From Phoronis australis (lineage: Eukaryota > Animalia > Phoronida): a DNA stretch of 64,000 nucleotides. Every line of letters begins with the position of its first letter. The first letter of the stretch is position 1. The DNA lies in assembly GCA_002633005.1 (NCBI GenBank), contig NMRA01000312.1:143850-207849 (forward strand), written 5' to 3'. The notes beneath the pieces are model-generated. The model made no database searches and had not been told where the DNA came from. It saw nothing but the letters and a program-made list of their open reading frames with translations. Positions 40,576 through 54,395 of this stretch are shown one piece after another. The translations under genes and the position numbers were made by a program.

Positions 40576-43500
40576 CGTAATTACAGTATACAGTGCGTTT
40601 AGGCGGTCTGCTTTGTCAACAAGTAGGTTTTCAATAGTTAGAAAACACGTGGGCAATATTGAACCACGTGACGGGGATTCACGTTAGCAATGGTGGCAAC
40701 ATTGTATATGGATTGAAGCTATTTCCAAATCATTACGGTGTCTAGGTACGGTATCTGTTTGAATAGATGAGACATCTGTAAATGATCCTTTACGTGTGAA
40801 TCAATGAATGGGCTGCGAAAGACACACATTTTGACAATGCAGGTGTATGTGGAATTTGATCAAAGCACATCGTAGAGATCCGTGTTGCCGTAATGTACTG
40901 GCAAAGAACGTCCCCCATATTGGTTTTCTGCTTATGAGACCGCTGCAACAAGAATACAAGGGAGTGTGGCATGGCTGCGTTTGTGAGGACTCCATCAAGT
41001 CGGCCGAGATTACGAACTTCAAACTGGACTAAATCCATTAGCAGGGCCACATCTTCGAGTTGAGATATCAATGCACTCATTCCACCCCATCCAATCTTTT
41101 TCTCTTGTTTAATTAGGATGACTAAATTGCCGTCAAAGCGAACGATTTCACCTAAAACATGAACCAAACTAAAAGTTTCCAAAGATGGCGCTGAATGGAA
41201 TTTTAAAGTGGCACTATAGATCTTGAAAAACAGACAAGTGGTTCTGAGGCACTGAAACTGAAGTAAAACTGTTCAGAAGGCATTTTACGCTTTGTTCGGA
41301 AATATTCTGAAATTTTGTTGATATCAAAGCATTTTTTCTTTAGTTTCAAGTTTCAAAAACGAGATATTTTTACAAGTTTTCTCACTTGATGCCAACTTCA
41401 TCATCGTTAATCGATCAAGCCTCTGATGTTCAGGAAATTCGTTGTATCAGCTGTATAAAATACCATTTCCAATCATTTGCATATGTACAAGTTTGTGTAC
41501 TTTGATGGTTAGAAATGTAATATTAATTTCAGATTTTAAGACGCTTTAAAACACGTGTTGAGTCGTAGGTCGCCACTGACGTTTTACCAAAGGAGTTGTC
41601 GTTTGACATACCATTATTTACATGTATAATAACTTTATCAATCTTCATTTTCTTCGCCTCGTCTACGCATTACTCCATTATAGTTTTAACCCAGGGGTGT
41701 ACGACACTTTGACATTGGGTTGGCCTCATGAAAAACGAGATTTTTTACGATCTAGTCGAAATCTGATGACCGAGAGAAAACAAAACAGTGCGAAATATTT
41801 CTCTAATAGGTAATTGCCGTTACAGGACAAATGGCGTCATATTTTAGATTTTATCAGGGGATACAAAATGTAAATTGTAAAGTTGTTAACATCTGGCGAC
41901 CAGCTCATACACAGGACTGACTGGGCATTCACCCCTTGAAGATAGCCACATGTTTTAGATTTAGACTCTTCTATCTAGTTAACTATCGCCTTTGATTGCA
42001 ATTAGTCAACGAGTGTGTTTTACGAACGACAGTTTCATTATGCAATCACAGAATTGTTAAGGGGTAATACCCGCAGTAACAGAGTTGCAAGTCAAGAATA
42101 AATGTGACGAAAGAATAGAAGTTTGGATGATTTTATAGGCAGTTTCAACAAAACTTCCTGTTCACGAGGCGTGCAACATTACTGTTTTTATTGCTAACTA
42201 CGTCATCAAGGGGATTTCATTAACTTCCTTAAAGAAGTAACCTCCAAAGAACTTTAGACGTTCTATGACTGTTCTGTTTCCGAGTTCTGGCTCTACCTAA
42301 GATATCATAGTATGGAATTGTATGGTATCTTTGTCTCCATTTATCTCCATTCCTTTGTAGGTACATAAAAACCAATGAGACTGCAGAGATTTATGATCAT
42401 TGGTATCTATTGAAAAAACGTCATAAACTCAGGAATCTTGATTAAGGTAGGTAGTACATTCAAGACTTATAAAGATGCCAATTTTATTGCATTTGAGTAT
42501 CGAAAACATTTTTGAATAAGAAAGATAAAGAGGATTTTGGAAAGACAAGTTGCGAGAGAATCAGAACTGATGTGAATTCGCGCCACTCTCCAAGTAGCCC
42601 GGCAGCGTCGTCGCATAATGGTGAGAGAGGACTTTCTGTTCCTAAAGAATTCTCAGAACAGACTACGAATTTATTGACATTCACAGCAGGACTCAATTGG
42701 GTAACTTAAGTTCAGTGTCCAGTTAACTCTTAACATGACAGTTGATTCAAAACAAACCGAATAAAGGCGCTAATTAGTACTGGTTAATGCATTCCATTCA
42801 AAGTAACTTTATTACATAAAAATGTCCTTCTTTTTCATTTTAACACGGAAAATGTTCACACAAAATTTTCTGCTCTCACGAACTCGAAATATTTTGATGC
42901 TATGTTGCAAATATGTGTAGGGTGCAAAGGATTTTGTTTTATTCTAAAGCCCAGTAGATTATGCTAATCAGCATGCGAAATTGACAGAAATGAACTAAAA
43001 TGTATAGACCTGCCTCATGTATTTTACACATTCTGAGAGGAATGGTGAATGAGAAGTGAGCACTGTTGTTTTGGTATGGTGCATACTTATTTGTAGCGAT
43101 CTCTGCTGGGTTGTATGGGGTTCTGACTAAAACGAGCACGACATGCCTACTGCCTTCAAATAAGTAGCCGAGCGTGAAATAAGTGAAGGACAAGCAATCA
43201 TTTGACTACATAACTTTTAATGTGCTAAATTAGACAAGTGTGCGAAATAACAGAGGAAACACTGTACATGCACATTTAAGGAACTGTTATTATTGCGCAA
43301 GACCTGCTGGTTACTCCCTTAGATTCCGCCTGATATATCGAAGATAAAATATGCTGGTTGTCAACATCAAAGTGTAATGTTATTTTACAACTTGTGTGGC
43401 ATAAGTTACTGTCAATTATCTATTTGTTTTGGCCTGTGGATGAGGACGACGTGCTGGTATAATGTTTACAATCCTGTCAAGTTCTACAGTCGCGCTTTGT

Positions 43501-44283
43501 GATGCTGTAAGAGAATGCTAGCTCTTTGTTCCCGGCTGCTGAAACTTACGTAGTACGGAAGAGGGCTGCTTACATATATGACGTGCACGAGAGGTGCTGG
43601 TAAGATTGTTACTCGATTTTTCCAATATCACTTTCCCTACGAAAAGGTGTCTTCCCTACGACAAAGTGCGAAACGATTCATTTTATGTGCTAGGAATTGT
43701 ACAAAGTACCCCATTTTTACTACATGATTCTACAGAAGGATTCCATGTTCTAACAAACGCACTTTTGGTTTACTACACTCACTGTTACCGAATATGCACC
43801 AAAATGTTCTTTTGTCTGATTAGACCTGACCATTCAGAGCTACGAAAGAACTGAAATTTCGTTTTGTTACTTGCGACCATGTCGATATAGTTAGCTTGTC
43901 ACGGCTGGTCATTTTATGAGGTGAGCAAGTTCTCGTGCAATAGCGAAATGTTAGTTCTTTCTAATCCCGGCCCAGTCATTACTTCTCACCTGAGTAAGGA
44001 ACAGGTTGAGACCAATTCTATAGAGGGGAGTGGTCTACTGAACACGGGTTTAGATATGAAGCTGCGTAAAAGGCCCCCAACGGTTGTTCACTGGATTTCC
44101 TTCAATGAATAAAGTTTCTATTGAGGGCTACGTTATTGGAAGAAACCTCTGCGAATGAGGAACTTTTTCACCAACGCCTGCAAACGTGCTCCTGCAATAG
44201 GTTATGTTGGCAATAGTCGGATATAACGTGTCCGTGTTTTAAGAACCAGTTTGATGCCCATTATTCATTGGAGAAAACCGGGC

Positions 44284-44418
44284 GTGCGTTCAGTAACGCT
44301 AGGACCTAGCTAAAATTTAGCCAAAGTCACGTGTTCTCATTTAAAATTCACGGCAACATATCACGTAATCTCGCGAAGTCTTGCTTTTTAGCGAGGTCCT
44401 AGCTTTACTGAACGGGAG
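44284..44418 (+). mobile_element. ~135-bp MITE family, copy 1
   Basis: Inverted ends CGTTCAGTAACGCTAGGACCT...AGGTCCTAGCTTTACTGAACG. Confidence 0.82.
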
Positions 44419-45780
44419 GCTGTTCTCAAAATTCAGGCTTGTTGTATCCGAGCATTTCCTGTGCTGGCCACTTACATCATGGAGGCAGCCCCAGAGGAAA
44501 ACGCTTCCTAAACATCACTAAATAATTTCACTCGATTAATGAATCAAATATCTGGCGAATTTCATTAGACACCATAGAGTAGCCTACTTGCAATGATTTG
44601 AACACAAATTTCCGTCCTGACATCGTGTTACGTGACGCAGGGAACTTCATTGTTCTGAGGATGTCCGCAGCCATTGACGTTCAACCTATTGCGATTAGGG
44701 CCTACTTTGCTGTGTCATTCGTCTGACATGTCCCCTAAGTTTTCAGCACATTTGTTAAGACTTTGTACCAAAGAATACTGTTTGTTCTTTCTTCTGTTAT
44801 TTTATATTCATTGATACATAAAGTGATACATACCGAGGATACAGTTAAGTTGAATTATTGAAAGTAACTAGCAGCCTTTTCACAGAAGGCCAAAGTTTAA
44901 CTTAGTCCCTATTTATTTTCAATATACCTTTAGAAAATGTCATACCTAAAGCAGGAGCTCACAGCAAGTGTTAAGTGATAACCAATATCAGGGCGGCATC
45001 ATCATACTTATGATTGCAACGATGTGTCACGCTGTACTCGTACCCGACTCGGTAACTATTTTATTCTTTTAGCATTCCAGTGCTATAGCGTATTGTTGTA
45101 CTCTGACAATAAGAAAGATGACCAGGTACTTACGCTAACAAAATGTTCGGGTTCATTTCTCTAATGATGACTGAATGATCTTCAAAACCTTTGTGCAACA
45201 CAAGCTGTGATAGTAAAACTCTGTACGAGTACCAATGGGTGGCAATAAACACGCACCTTCTGTCAAAGCCAACTTTTGATTTAGGACAATTACTCTTATG
45301 AAACCGGCGCCACCTCGCTCTTTACTCAGATTTGAAATGAGTTCAAGGCTTGAAAAGAATTGGTAAGCCGCGGTATTGCTTCAGAGCAGGCTAGATACTT
45401 GCGCCGGTCTCTTTGCAACAATATCTTTTATTTTATCAGTCGATGTTACTTGTCACGGCGGGCTAGTTTCAGTCGCCAAGGTAGTATGACTGCATGGCAG
45501 TGGAATTCTAGGCGATTTTTTGTAACCAACTTGAAATCATATGATGGTTAAGAAGGCGATGACATCACTCTGCAGTGGAAGATCGAGACGTGGCTTTATA
45601 GCGGCTTTGTCACCCACACTGATTATAAAGTGCCAAGGGTTCTTATAAACGAGTACTTTTCTTAATCTACCCGTACTTTTAGTTCTTAAACCATCATTGT
45701 TCTGCTCTTAATCACTACAACTCGTACTTTAGACAGTGCTACCGAATGGTGGCCGCAAAGGCCAATGTGGCAGTCACTAG

Positions 45781-45931
45781 GGCCCAGTTGCATAAAAGTT
45801 ATACGCCGTGTAGCAAAAATGACGTCGCCATAATCACGTGCCACATTGTTATTGTTGAACAATTCACCTGACGTCAAGCAACAATCAAACTTATCCAGCG
45901 GATAACGTTTGAAGCTTTATGCAACTCAGCC
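45781..45931. mobile_element. Harbinger-like MITE (copy 2)
   Basis: GGCCCAGTTGCATAAA...TTTATGCAACTCAGCC; homologous to 35779-35932. Confidence 0.8.
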
Positions 45932-46959
45932 CAGATGTCCGAGTGGAGACCGCCGGCTCGACCGCGAGTTTGCTCACAACGAAATGACAACAATTTGTCA
46001 GTTCTCTCGAACATGGTTCGACAAAGAACCGTTTTGAATATTTACGAGTAAAGGAAAATAAACATCAAAACACGAAATGGCCATTTGGCATTGCTTTTGA
46101 TACCCGATATTACAAAATGTGACGCTTTTTCTTCTGAAATACCACCATGTGGTAACATGTGGAGATAACTCTGATCACGGATCAGCAAGGCAACACGCCG
46201 ATAACGAAATAAATGCGAACGCAAGTGGTGGTACCTGACCAACTGGAATTTTTAAAGAAAACTTTCTGGATAGTTTCTCATAAGATCGGCTCCCTGTGCA
46301 ACCGAATGTTTTAGCTACAAAACGAAATCAAGACCGTCTTCTATCTCTATTTGCAATGAAATCATACGAATTATTTTACTCGTGCCTGGTAAGTTCTGCT
46401 AGATTCTCTATTCAGAATTTGGCCTCAGTTTAGAGAGAAACAAAGAGAAGGTTTGTATCAGACCTTAGACGTATCCCTGGTTTCAATTCTTGTATACATT
46501 TGCTTCCTAAATATTCCGCTTTCAATTGGTTTTATTGATTGAGATTAACATGTTCGTCATCAATCTTATTTTATTTATTTATTTATTTATTATTGTGATA
46601 TTTAAAATGAGGGTGGCCTCTTCAGTGATAGCACTGCAAAAAACTTTTTCCTTAATTGTTTTTCATGAATCTAAAATTAATTTCTATCGCTTAAAATTTT
46701 CGACTGGTTGCATTGCAAACAATAGATAAAATAGTACTGTATTGCTAGAAACAATTCAAGTACTGTAAAGCTGGTAACTGAGTACATGCGAGAATGTTAT
46801 ATTTCCGAAGGTGTTTTTTTCCGATTGTCATATTTTGCTTTCTCCGAAAGATAGTTTGTACCTGTTTTTACAAAACTATTATCAATAAAAATAACAATTC
46901 CCAAAGAGAACACTGTGAGCCTGACCGGTGTAATCGATGTTGTATTAGTTTTGTTACCC

Positions 46960-47090
46960 GCCTCCTGTTCAGTAACGCTAGGACCTCGCTAAAAGCAAGA
47001 CTTCGCCAGATTACGTGAGACATTGCCGTGTATTTTAAATATCACGTGACTTTGGCTAGCTGTTAGCTAGGTCGTTGCGTAGGACCTAGT
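46960..47090 (-). mobile_element. ~135-bp MITE family, copy 2 (inverted)
   Basis: Reverse complement of the 44284 and 49513 copies. Confidence 0.78.
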
Positions 47091-48758
47091 ATTGTCAAAT
47101 GGCTAGGAAGTTGTTATGGGTTTGGAACTGAAAATCTGCGGGCGCCAACAGGCGTCACCCTTTTTAGTCTTAGAACATAGTCATCAGAACGGAACCGAGT
47201 GAGAGAACACATACATGACATAGCTTGCTGCGGCCGGTTGTGTTTTTGGAACTGGCTCACGGCGTCATACTTCGGGTTTCGAATTGTTATCTTCCTTATT
47301 TTCCTTACATAGGTATCGGCTAAAGAGGTTCAAAAACCTTCTATAGTCCGTAAATATGTACCAAGTTACTCAAAACCACCTTTAGAAAGGCAAGATTCTC
47401 CATTTAACTTAGCCAAATTTTAACTGAGCCACATACCATCAATAAAAGCTAGAAAAGAATTGTTACGTTGTTTACCACATACATATAGTTAAGCTTCTCT
47501 AATGAAGACATTCTTTTTCGACTTTCTAACTAAAAAGTACATTGAACACTAGGTTTGCGAACGTACAGCACTCGATAATAATGCCAATGAGGTGTGCATT
47601 GACGGAGAGGACAGCAAATCAAATGGCTTGTTCTGTATTAAACTATACTAGATACATTTAAGTGTGGCATGACGTCAATTACATGTAACCAACGATAGCA
47701 ACGCGATGTGCGATGAAGTAGCGTATGTCGTCATTATTACTTATCTGAATCTAATTGAACTTTCATTTAGTCGGCTCTTGATCTTTGTCTTCAGTTCGTC
47801 GTATTGTAAACATTTAACTTTGAAAACAAATTATTCTCATGCTCGTGGGTCGGAGAAAAATGATGCATCCATACAGCCTTAAGAGATTTTCAATGTTTGT
47901 CTCTCCAGCCCAACCCCAGCGCCCATTTTCTTCCTCGAGTCTTCAACATTCTCAGCCTGAAAGCCACAGACGTTCCGTGTCAATGCTGCAGGTAGATGAA
48001 AAAGTAAATTCTGCTGAACCGACGCAGCTCGGAAAAATGACTAATAACTATACGGAGTTGCAATTCATGTTTTTATACAAGACGACGAGAACGAAATAAG
48101 CTTTGTTTGCGGTTTACGAATGAACCGCTTTAACAATAAAGCCTCCACACCCTGCATTATACTCAATTTCGTTTAAAAAACAGGGTTAGATTCCGCAGAC
48201 GGTTTTACTCTGTTGTTATTGTCATTTGGTCATAAACAGAATGTTAGGTCCACTTGAGTGATGACGTCAGTTTTCATTGCGACAAATTCGACAGAATTCT
48301 ATGAGGTCGGAACGTGGTCCGCAAGGTTTCAAAAATCGTGCTGACATTATCTGTTTGTTTGTTTTTAAGGAAAAGTGTTTGGAATTTAAGATTGTTTGGT
48401 CAATTTACGTTTTTCCTACTTTGTGCTCCTAATGGTTGGAATTTCAAGTGAAGTTCCGCCCGTCTCATACTTATAGAGGTCCCAAAGGTCCAATTCATCA
48501 ACCTCGGAATAATTCAATTAGTTTTGCGACTCACTCATGTGAGCAAAATCCAGTAAAGTCGAGAAGTCTCTGAGTGGCACTCGACAGATAAATTCGATAT
48601 TTTGTTGACTGTGTCATCGGATAATTTGTTCAAAGGCATTCTCCCGTATTGATATAATAATATTAGTTAATTTTGTTGACATTTGAAACTAGTTTGACGG
48701 TGGGTATAGTTGTTGGTGTGATACAAATTAAGTAGTAGTCTAAATTTAAGGTGTCCAG

Positions 48759-49064
48759 GGTTTCGTTTCATAAGAAGTGACTCAAAACTTTAGCCAAAAA
48801 TTGTGGATTACACTTGCACTTCACAATTACTGAGTAAAGCTTGTATCATCTATGAAGATTATATAATCAACTAAAAGTAATGAATATACCATGTTAACTC
48901 ATAAATAATCTATGAAAACTATATAGTCATAAATTATGAACAGACTTTTATAAACCCTGTACTTTTGCTGAAGTGAGGTAAATTACTTTTCTGAAATAGT
49001 TGCGGGGAGCGTAAGACGTAATTTTGAACTTGAACCATTTCTCACTTCTCATGAGACGGGGGCC
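48759..49064. mobile_element. Harbinger-like MITE
   Basis: CAG|GGTTTCGTTTCATAAGAAGTGA...TCACTTCTCATGAGACGGGGGCC|CAG. Confidence 0.6.
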
Positions 49065-49512
49065 CAGGAAAACGTGGCACTAAAGACTTCATACAATGAA
49101 AGCCGAGTTAACAAACAATAACGTGGTCCGGAATAAAAAAGAGGCGTCTTTGCTATGCATCATTGTAATACTTTATAATCCGCAATTAGTAAAAAATAAC
49201 TCGGTATTACCGAGAAGTTATAATCATGATATCAGTTTGTAGTGTAGTTGTTCGGTAGCGGCAGAGATTAACGACAGGGATCAGGGCCCCGTGAGACTCT
49301 CTTTATGTCTATGCATGTAGAAATAGGCCAATGACTTCTGAGGTGTCCAGTTCATGGTTGCCAGAATAATTAACCTATTATCTACAGAAGGGTTGCGTAT
49401 TTTTATATTTCAATCCAATGTCCTTCATAATATATTGAATCCTTTGCGGTAAGTTCAACTATTAAACTAGTTATGCGGTTTGATATTGTACAACATGCAT
49501 GTCGTCAGTGAC

Positions 49513-49657
49513 GTGCGTTCAGTAGCGCTAGGACCTACGCTAGGATCTAGCTAAAATCTAGCTACAATCACGTGCTCTTATTTAAAATGCACGGCAATAT
49601 CTCGCGTAATCTCGCGAAGTCTTGCTTTTTGGCGAGGTCCTAGCTTTACTGAACGGA
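49513..49657 (+). mobile_element. ~135-bp MITE family, copy 3
   Basis: Near-identical to 44284-44418, with a short terminal duplication. Confidence 0.82.
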
Positions 49658-52600
49658 TCGAGGCTAACTCTCCTCTTTCGTGCATTGCATGACTAACTCA
49701 GCCTTAGTGTGCTGTAGCATTTCTTTTGTCAATGGTAAACATTTCGAAACATAGAAATATAAACAGCGGCAGTTCTTTTGGTCTTTATCGTTGTTGTCAT
49801 ATTTGTCCATCCATCTGTCAACATGAATTTGAAACTCACGACACTACTATTTGTCATTGTCGACTTAAGCAGTTATTGTTCATCATCGCAGGTTCATCGT
49901 CGAGTGAAGTAAACTCATCGTACTGTTCTCTTGTCGCAAAATTTCTTCAAAATAATGATGCTGGTAATAAAGATCAGTGGTACTTTTACGGACAGTTAAA
50001 ACCAAATGATTGCAGGAAATAGTTTTCCTCGTAGCACACAAATTTTTCACCGCTTAAACGCCAAAAAGGAGGAATTTCCCGTAGTTCGTCATTCTAGGCA
50101 TGCTGCGTATTTAAGAGAAACAATAAAAAACGTTGACGCCCCATCATTGCCAGCATCCTTTACACGTGGACACCTCATTCCCTGCGTATAAAGCAAGTAA
50201 TAAATCAGGCCTGCTTTCCGCTCACCCAAGACACTTGCAAAGCACATGTGGCTAGAAATCGTCGCTTACGGAACGAAAACAGTGAATTCAACCCCATAAT
50301 CCAAAATACCAGAGGCCGCCATTTTACTAGAGTCGCTAGTAAGGTCCCGAGCGTACTCGCGAAACACTCGCCTTTCAGTCACATGCTTCTTCGCGAGACT
50401 CTTGCGTCTAAGGAACACATCTTATGTTACCCCTCGACACAAATTACATCTCAAACCAGCACTCTATGGCCACGTTATAAAACTGAATGTAATAACATCT
50501 CAAAACACAACTCTATGATTTTGCCATGTAAAAGCCTTTCCAAAATTGGACTTCTTGTGGTCAATGACAGATGATCTCGCATTTCCATAAGATGGAAAAA
50601 ATCTATAACAACGATAGTTTTAAATTACTTTGTTAAAGTTATACCGAGTCACTTCATTATTTTCGTGGTTAGGTCTTGGGTAGGAAGCAAAGGAAGTACA
50701 GGCTCGTTTGACCAATCATCTGTTATATAGCTGCGAACAAGTCAACTCACGTACAAACTCTTGTGTGTTAGTCTCTTAGACTGCAAGATGTGAAGTGCCT
50801 CTTGAACTTTACAAAATTCTTTAACCCAGAAAGCTTCCAAGAACGTTGCTGGTATTGTGCCCAACTTTGGGTAGTGATTTTTCATCCGAAATCAACGTTG
50901 TGCTTTGAAATTTTCTAAGTCTCATTCCATAAGACTAAAATAGCATTATAATATTATACACTCCTAATTTTGCAAGTAGCCAGTCCTACACTTTTACAAC
51001 GAAACGGCGTTCTTACTAACAGCACTACTTTGTCGTAACTACATCTTTTCTCATGTGCAATGTATTGCACAACAACGCTTCTTTTTAGATGTCATTTTTG
51101 TATCTCCACGAACTCCAGTTGTTCCCAGTTGAGATACACATACAAATTGCTACACTCGATTCACTCTGCCAGTTTGTCCGGAGTAAACCAGCAAAGACAT
51201 TGGTTGTAACCCGGAAAACGTCATCCAGAACTAATCGGATGTCTCAATCGTTTTGACTTCAGCGGAATGAGCCGAGTGCAGCCATTTTGACTACATTGTA
51301 AGGAGTACGTACTTACATTCACGTCTCCGTCATTCTAATACTGAAAACAACTGTGTTTTACAAGAAAAATATGTTAGTATTGCGGACTTTGCAGTCGGTG
51401 CATGACAAAATAAATTGAGCGTAGCCACCATTAACCTAAGTGCGAATGTGCGTACCAGAAATATAAGCTAAATTATATACGGAATTATTTTTGATCACGC
51501 CAATGTCATATCATCTATTCAGTATGGTAAGTTCTGTAGTTAAGTTAAACTGTCTTGAGCACACGTTTACAAGGGTCGGTTACCCTAGCTCAACAGCCCA
51601 GCCTACTGAGGGTCTGAGGAAGACTGGTTGCCAGGAAATGAAAAGTTGACTTCCTATCATTATCCTCACTAAATGTGATCTCTAATAATGAAGTGAAACC
51701 ATGCAAAGAATCATTTCAAGTTATACCCGTTAAAATATTCCTGGTCTGATCGATCCGTCTCTTTCCTTTAGTCTAGGGCCTACTGTTTGCCACCGGAAAA
51801 TGGTGGCGCCACCAGTAATGGAAGACGCAATTAGCCTCGTTCCGGTCGCCAGCACACAGTCGGCTTCGTGTAAACTAAAATACAGTCAGGTTCCTGACTG
51901 TATCGACTTCCTTATTTGGAAACTTCCTGCGTTAAATGGCCCATTAGTTGTTTACTTTCGCATTTTCAAAAATGTAGAAGAGAGCGCATCAACACAGATT
52001 GCTATTTTGTTATTCTTAGGCACAGACTGAAGCAAAATAGTGGAGCTTACTCATTTCACAATTATCGTCCCACATTCTTGAACCTTGCAATCATTGACCT
52101 AGGCTCCCATATTGGCAAATCGAAAGGAACACTGAGACCCTGTTCTATAGGTATACTATACCCAACTGATTGAGTAACGTCACAATTCATTCAAAACAGA
52201 GGCATGAAGATTGTGTTGCTAAAAGAAACCGTAAAACCCTGTTTATAAAGACATGATTACGTTTTCTCGAGAGTTTGTAGGTAACATTTTCCAAAAAAGC
52301 AAATTAATTTGACAAAAACCATGATTGAACTTAAGACCGCACAACAGATATCTATTTCGTATAAAGCAGAACGGTACAAATCTATTCAAAATGTGTCGGT
52401 GATTATATTGGTTCAACTGGCAGAAGACTCGGTGGTCTACATGTACTTATTTCGTCCAGTTGCTCAACACACGCAAAGAGTGGTTTAAACGAAGAAAACA
52501 TCGAATCACATTCAAATTCCTAATGGATTTTTTTACAATTAAATGGCTTGAACAAAGTCTAATTATGTTATTTTATCGCTGACGAATGTATACGTGTGTT

Positions 52601-54059
52601 TTCCCTTACTGCCGATAAGAAACTCCTATTTTGTGATTGAAAAAATGAAGCGAGGTCTTCGACCAGTCCGTTTCCATTTTGTCACTGGCGAAAGCAAATT
52701 TCATTTGCAACACGAATGACTACTTAAAATTAAAATGGAACAGTAAGAATCTACCAAAAATGTGTCGGTGATCACGTGGATTTCAAGAGGCCTGCTTTCC
52801 CGTTCACACACACACAAACAAAATACCGGTATGGCTTGAGGGAAGAAAACGAGAGCGGCTTGTGTAACGTCTGATAGGCTATTTTTGGGTGCTGACCATT
52901 GTATATGAGCGTTTTCCGCGATGACTGCCGATCAGAAACTTTTCTGTTTCAATTTCGAAAGTAATAGCTTACCGAGAATTTTTGCCGATACGTCGCCATT
53001 CTGTCACTGGCAAAAGGTTTCTTTTGGTTACAAGAGGGTTATGCGGAGGAGGATTACCGGCCGGTAGGTGCGCCAGCCGAGCATACGCGCTCTATGGCGG
53101 CAGTGATGTGAGTCGCGTGGCATCAGTTGGCGCCTTTAACATGTAACCATTCCGCGACGAGCTTTCTTTCGCCCGCAAATGTGATAAGGCTTACGTCAAT
53201 GCTACACATTTACTACAGCAAAACAGCGCAGTAAACACGGATGTCCTTATAAAGGTTTTGCCGTTGCGGAGCAACAATAAAAGTATCAGTCAACTATATT
53301 GCTAAGGTGATCATTTTGTATCGTTTTTGGAAGGATCAGCATTCGTTGCCAAGTTACTTTACGTCATACTTGCCACTTCACGACTCGTTCAGAACTGGAA
53401 TCGACTAGCCCTTATGGGAACAAGTCTGAGACGCAGTGTGAACTACAATTTTCCCACTGCAACCTGAGTAGAAATGTAAAAGGACCACCTCGTTGATTAG
53501 CGGAACCAAGTAATATTCGAACATTCCATTAGGACACCGGGTTTCATATTGTCGCTCTCTAGAGTAATGAGAGCACGAAAGTGACTTCGGATTGATCCCA
53601 AGTCAGATTTGGTGGGTAGAAATGTAATTACTACATAGTGATTCATTAATTTAAAAGCAGAGGAATTCCACTTCCAGCTCCCCCTATTGTTTGATTAGTT
53701 TACGTGCACTAATTTATTTTGGCTTTTTGGCACAGGATGAGATCGAAATTCTCTCGCTTTATCAGCCGCAGCGGCGGCCACTGGGTTTGTCTCGGCTGTT
53801 TCTTCGCAATAGCTACGAAATGATATTTCAAAAGGTTTGTCTTTTTTCGTATCATCCCACCGCACAGTAGAACTTTGCCGACATAATAATGGCAGGAAGG
53901 TGTTAAAACGCTTTTTTATATCAGTAGGTTGCAGGAAACTTCTCGTCCGCAGGATTTATACATGTAGGTGACGCGGAACGCTTGTCCACAACCTGATCGC
54001 CATCTGACGGGTTTGAAAATTTCAGTATAGAAGGCACAAAGCAGTTCTCACAGGTGCAA

Positions 54060-54395
54060 ATAAAGAAAAGTTTTGAGTCATTTCACATAAAAAGCCCTAC
54101 AGATGAGAACAGAAACTTTATTTTCTCTTGTATTTTCGACCCTTTCACTCCCACTGAAAACCAAGCTAGACTAAGAAAAATAAGAGCAAAAAATGCAAAA
54201 TCGGCACTTTTCACCCCAAAGCCACCACTTCACTGCCGATGCTCGACTAAAGCCGAAAGCAAATTTCCTACCGATTCCAAAAATATGGTCCAAAAGTACT
54301 GCCAACCAACAAGTGTTTTTTTGCAAACCTGGCTTGTTTGAGGGCTACCTGAAATCGCGGCCAATTTCTCAGTTGCTACACAGCAATGCACAATT
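54060..54395 (+). repeat. Dispersed repeat, homologous to 63120-63362 (partly also to ~60900)
   Basis: Shared blocks AAAAATGCAAA, GAAAGCAAATTTCC, CCAAAAGT and TTGTTTGAGGG[C/T]TACCT[G/A]AAATCGC. Confidence 0.7.

Noticed and set aside
33971-51890. Plus-strand exon candidates (after acceptor-like sites near 33970, 42360, 47312, 47908 and 51771)
   Set aside because: They could not be chained into a consistent frame, show no recognisable homology, and such sites are expected by chance in AT-rich DNA.
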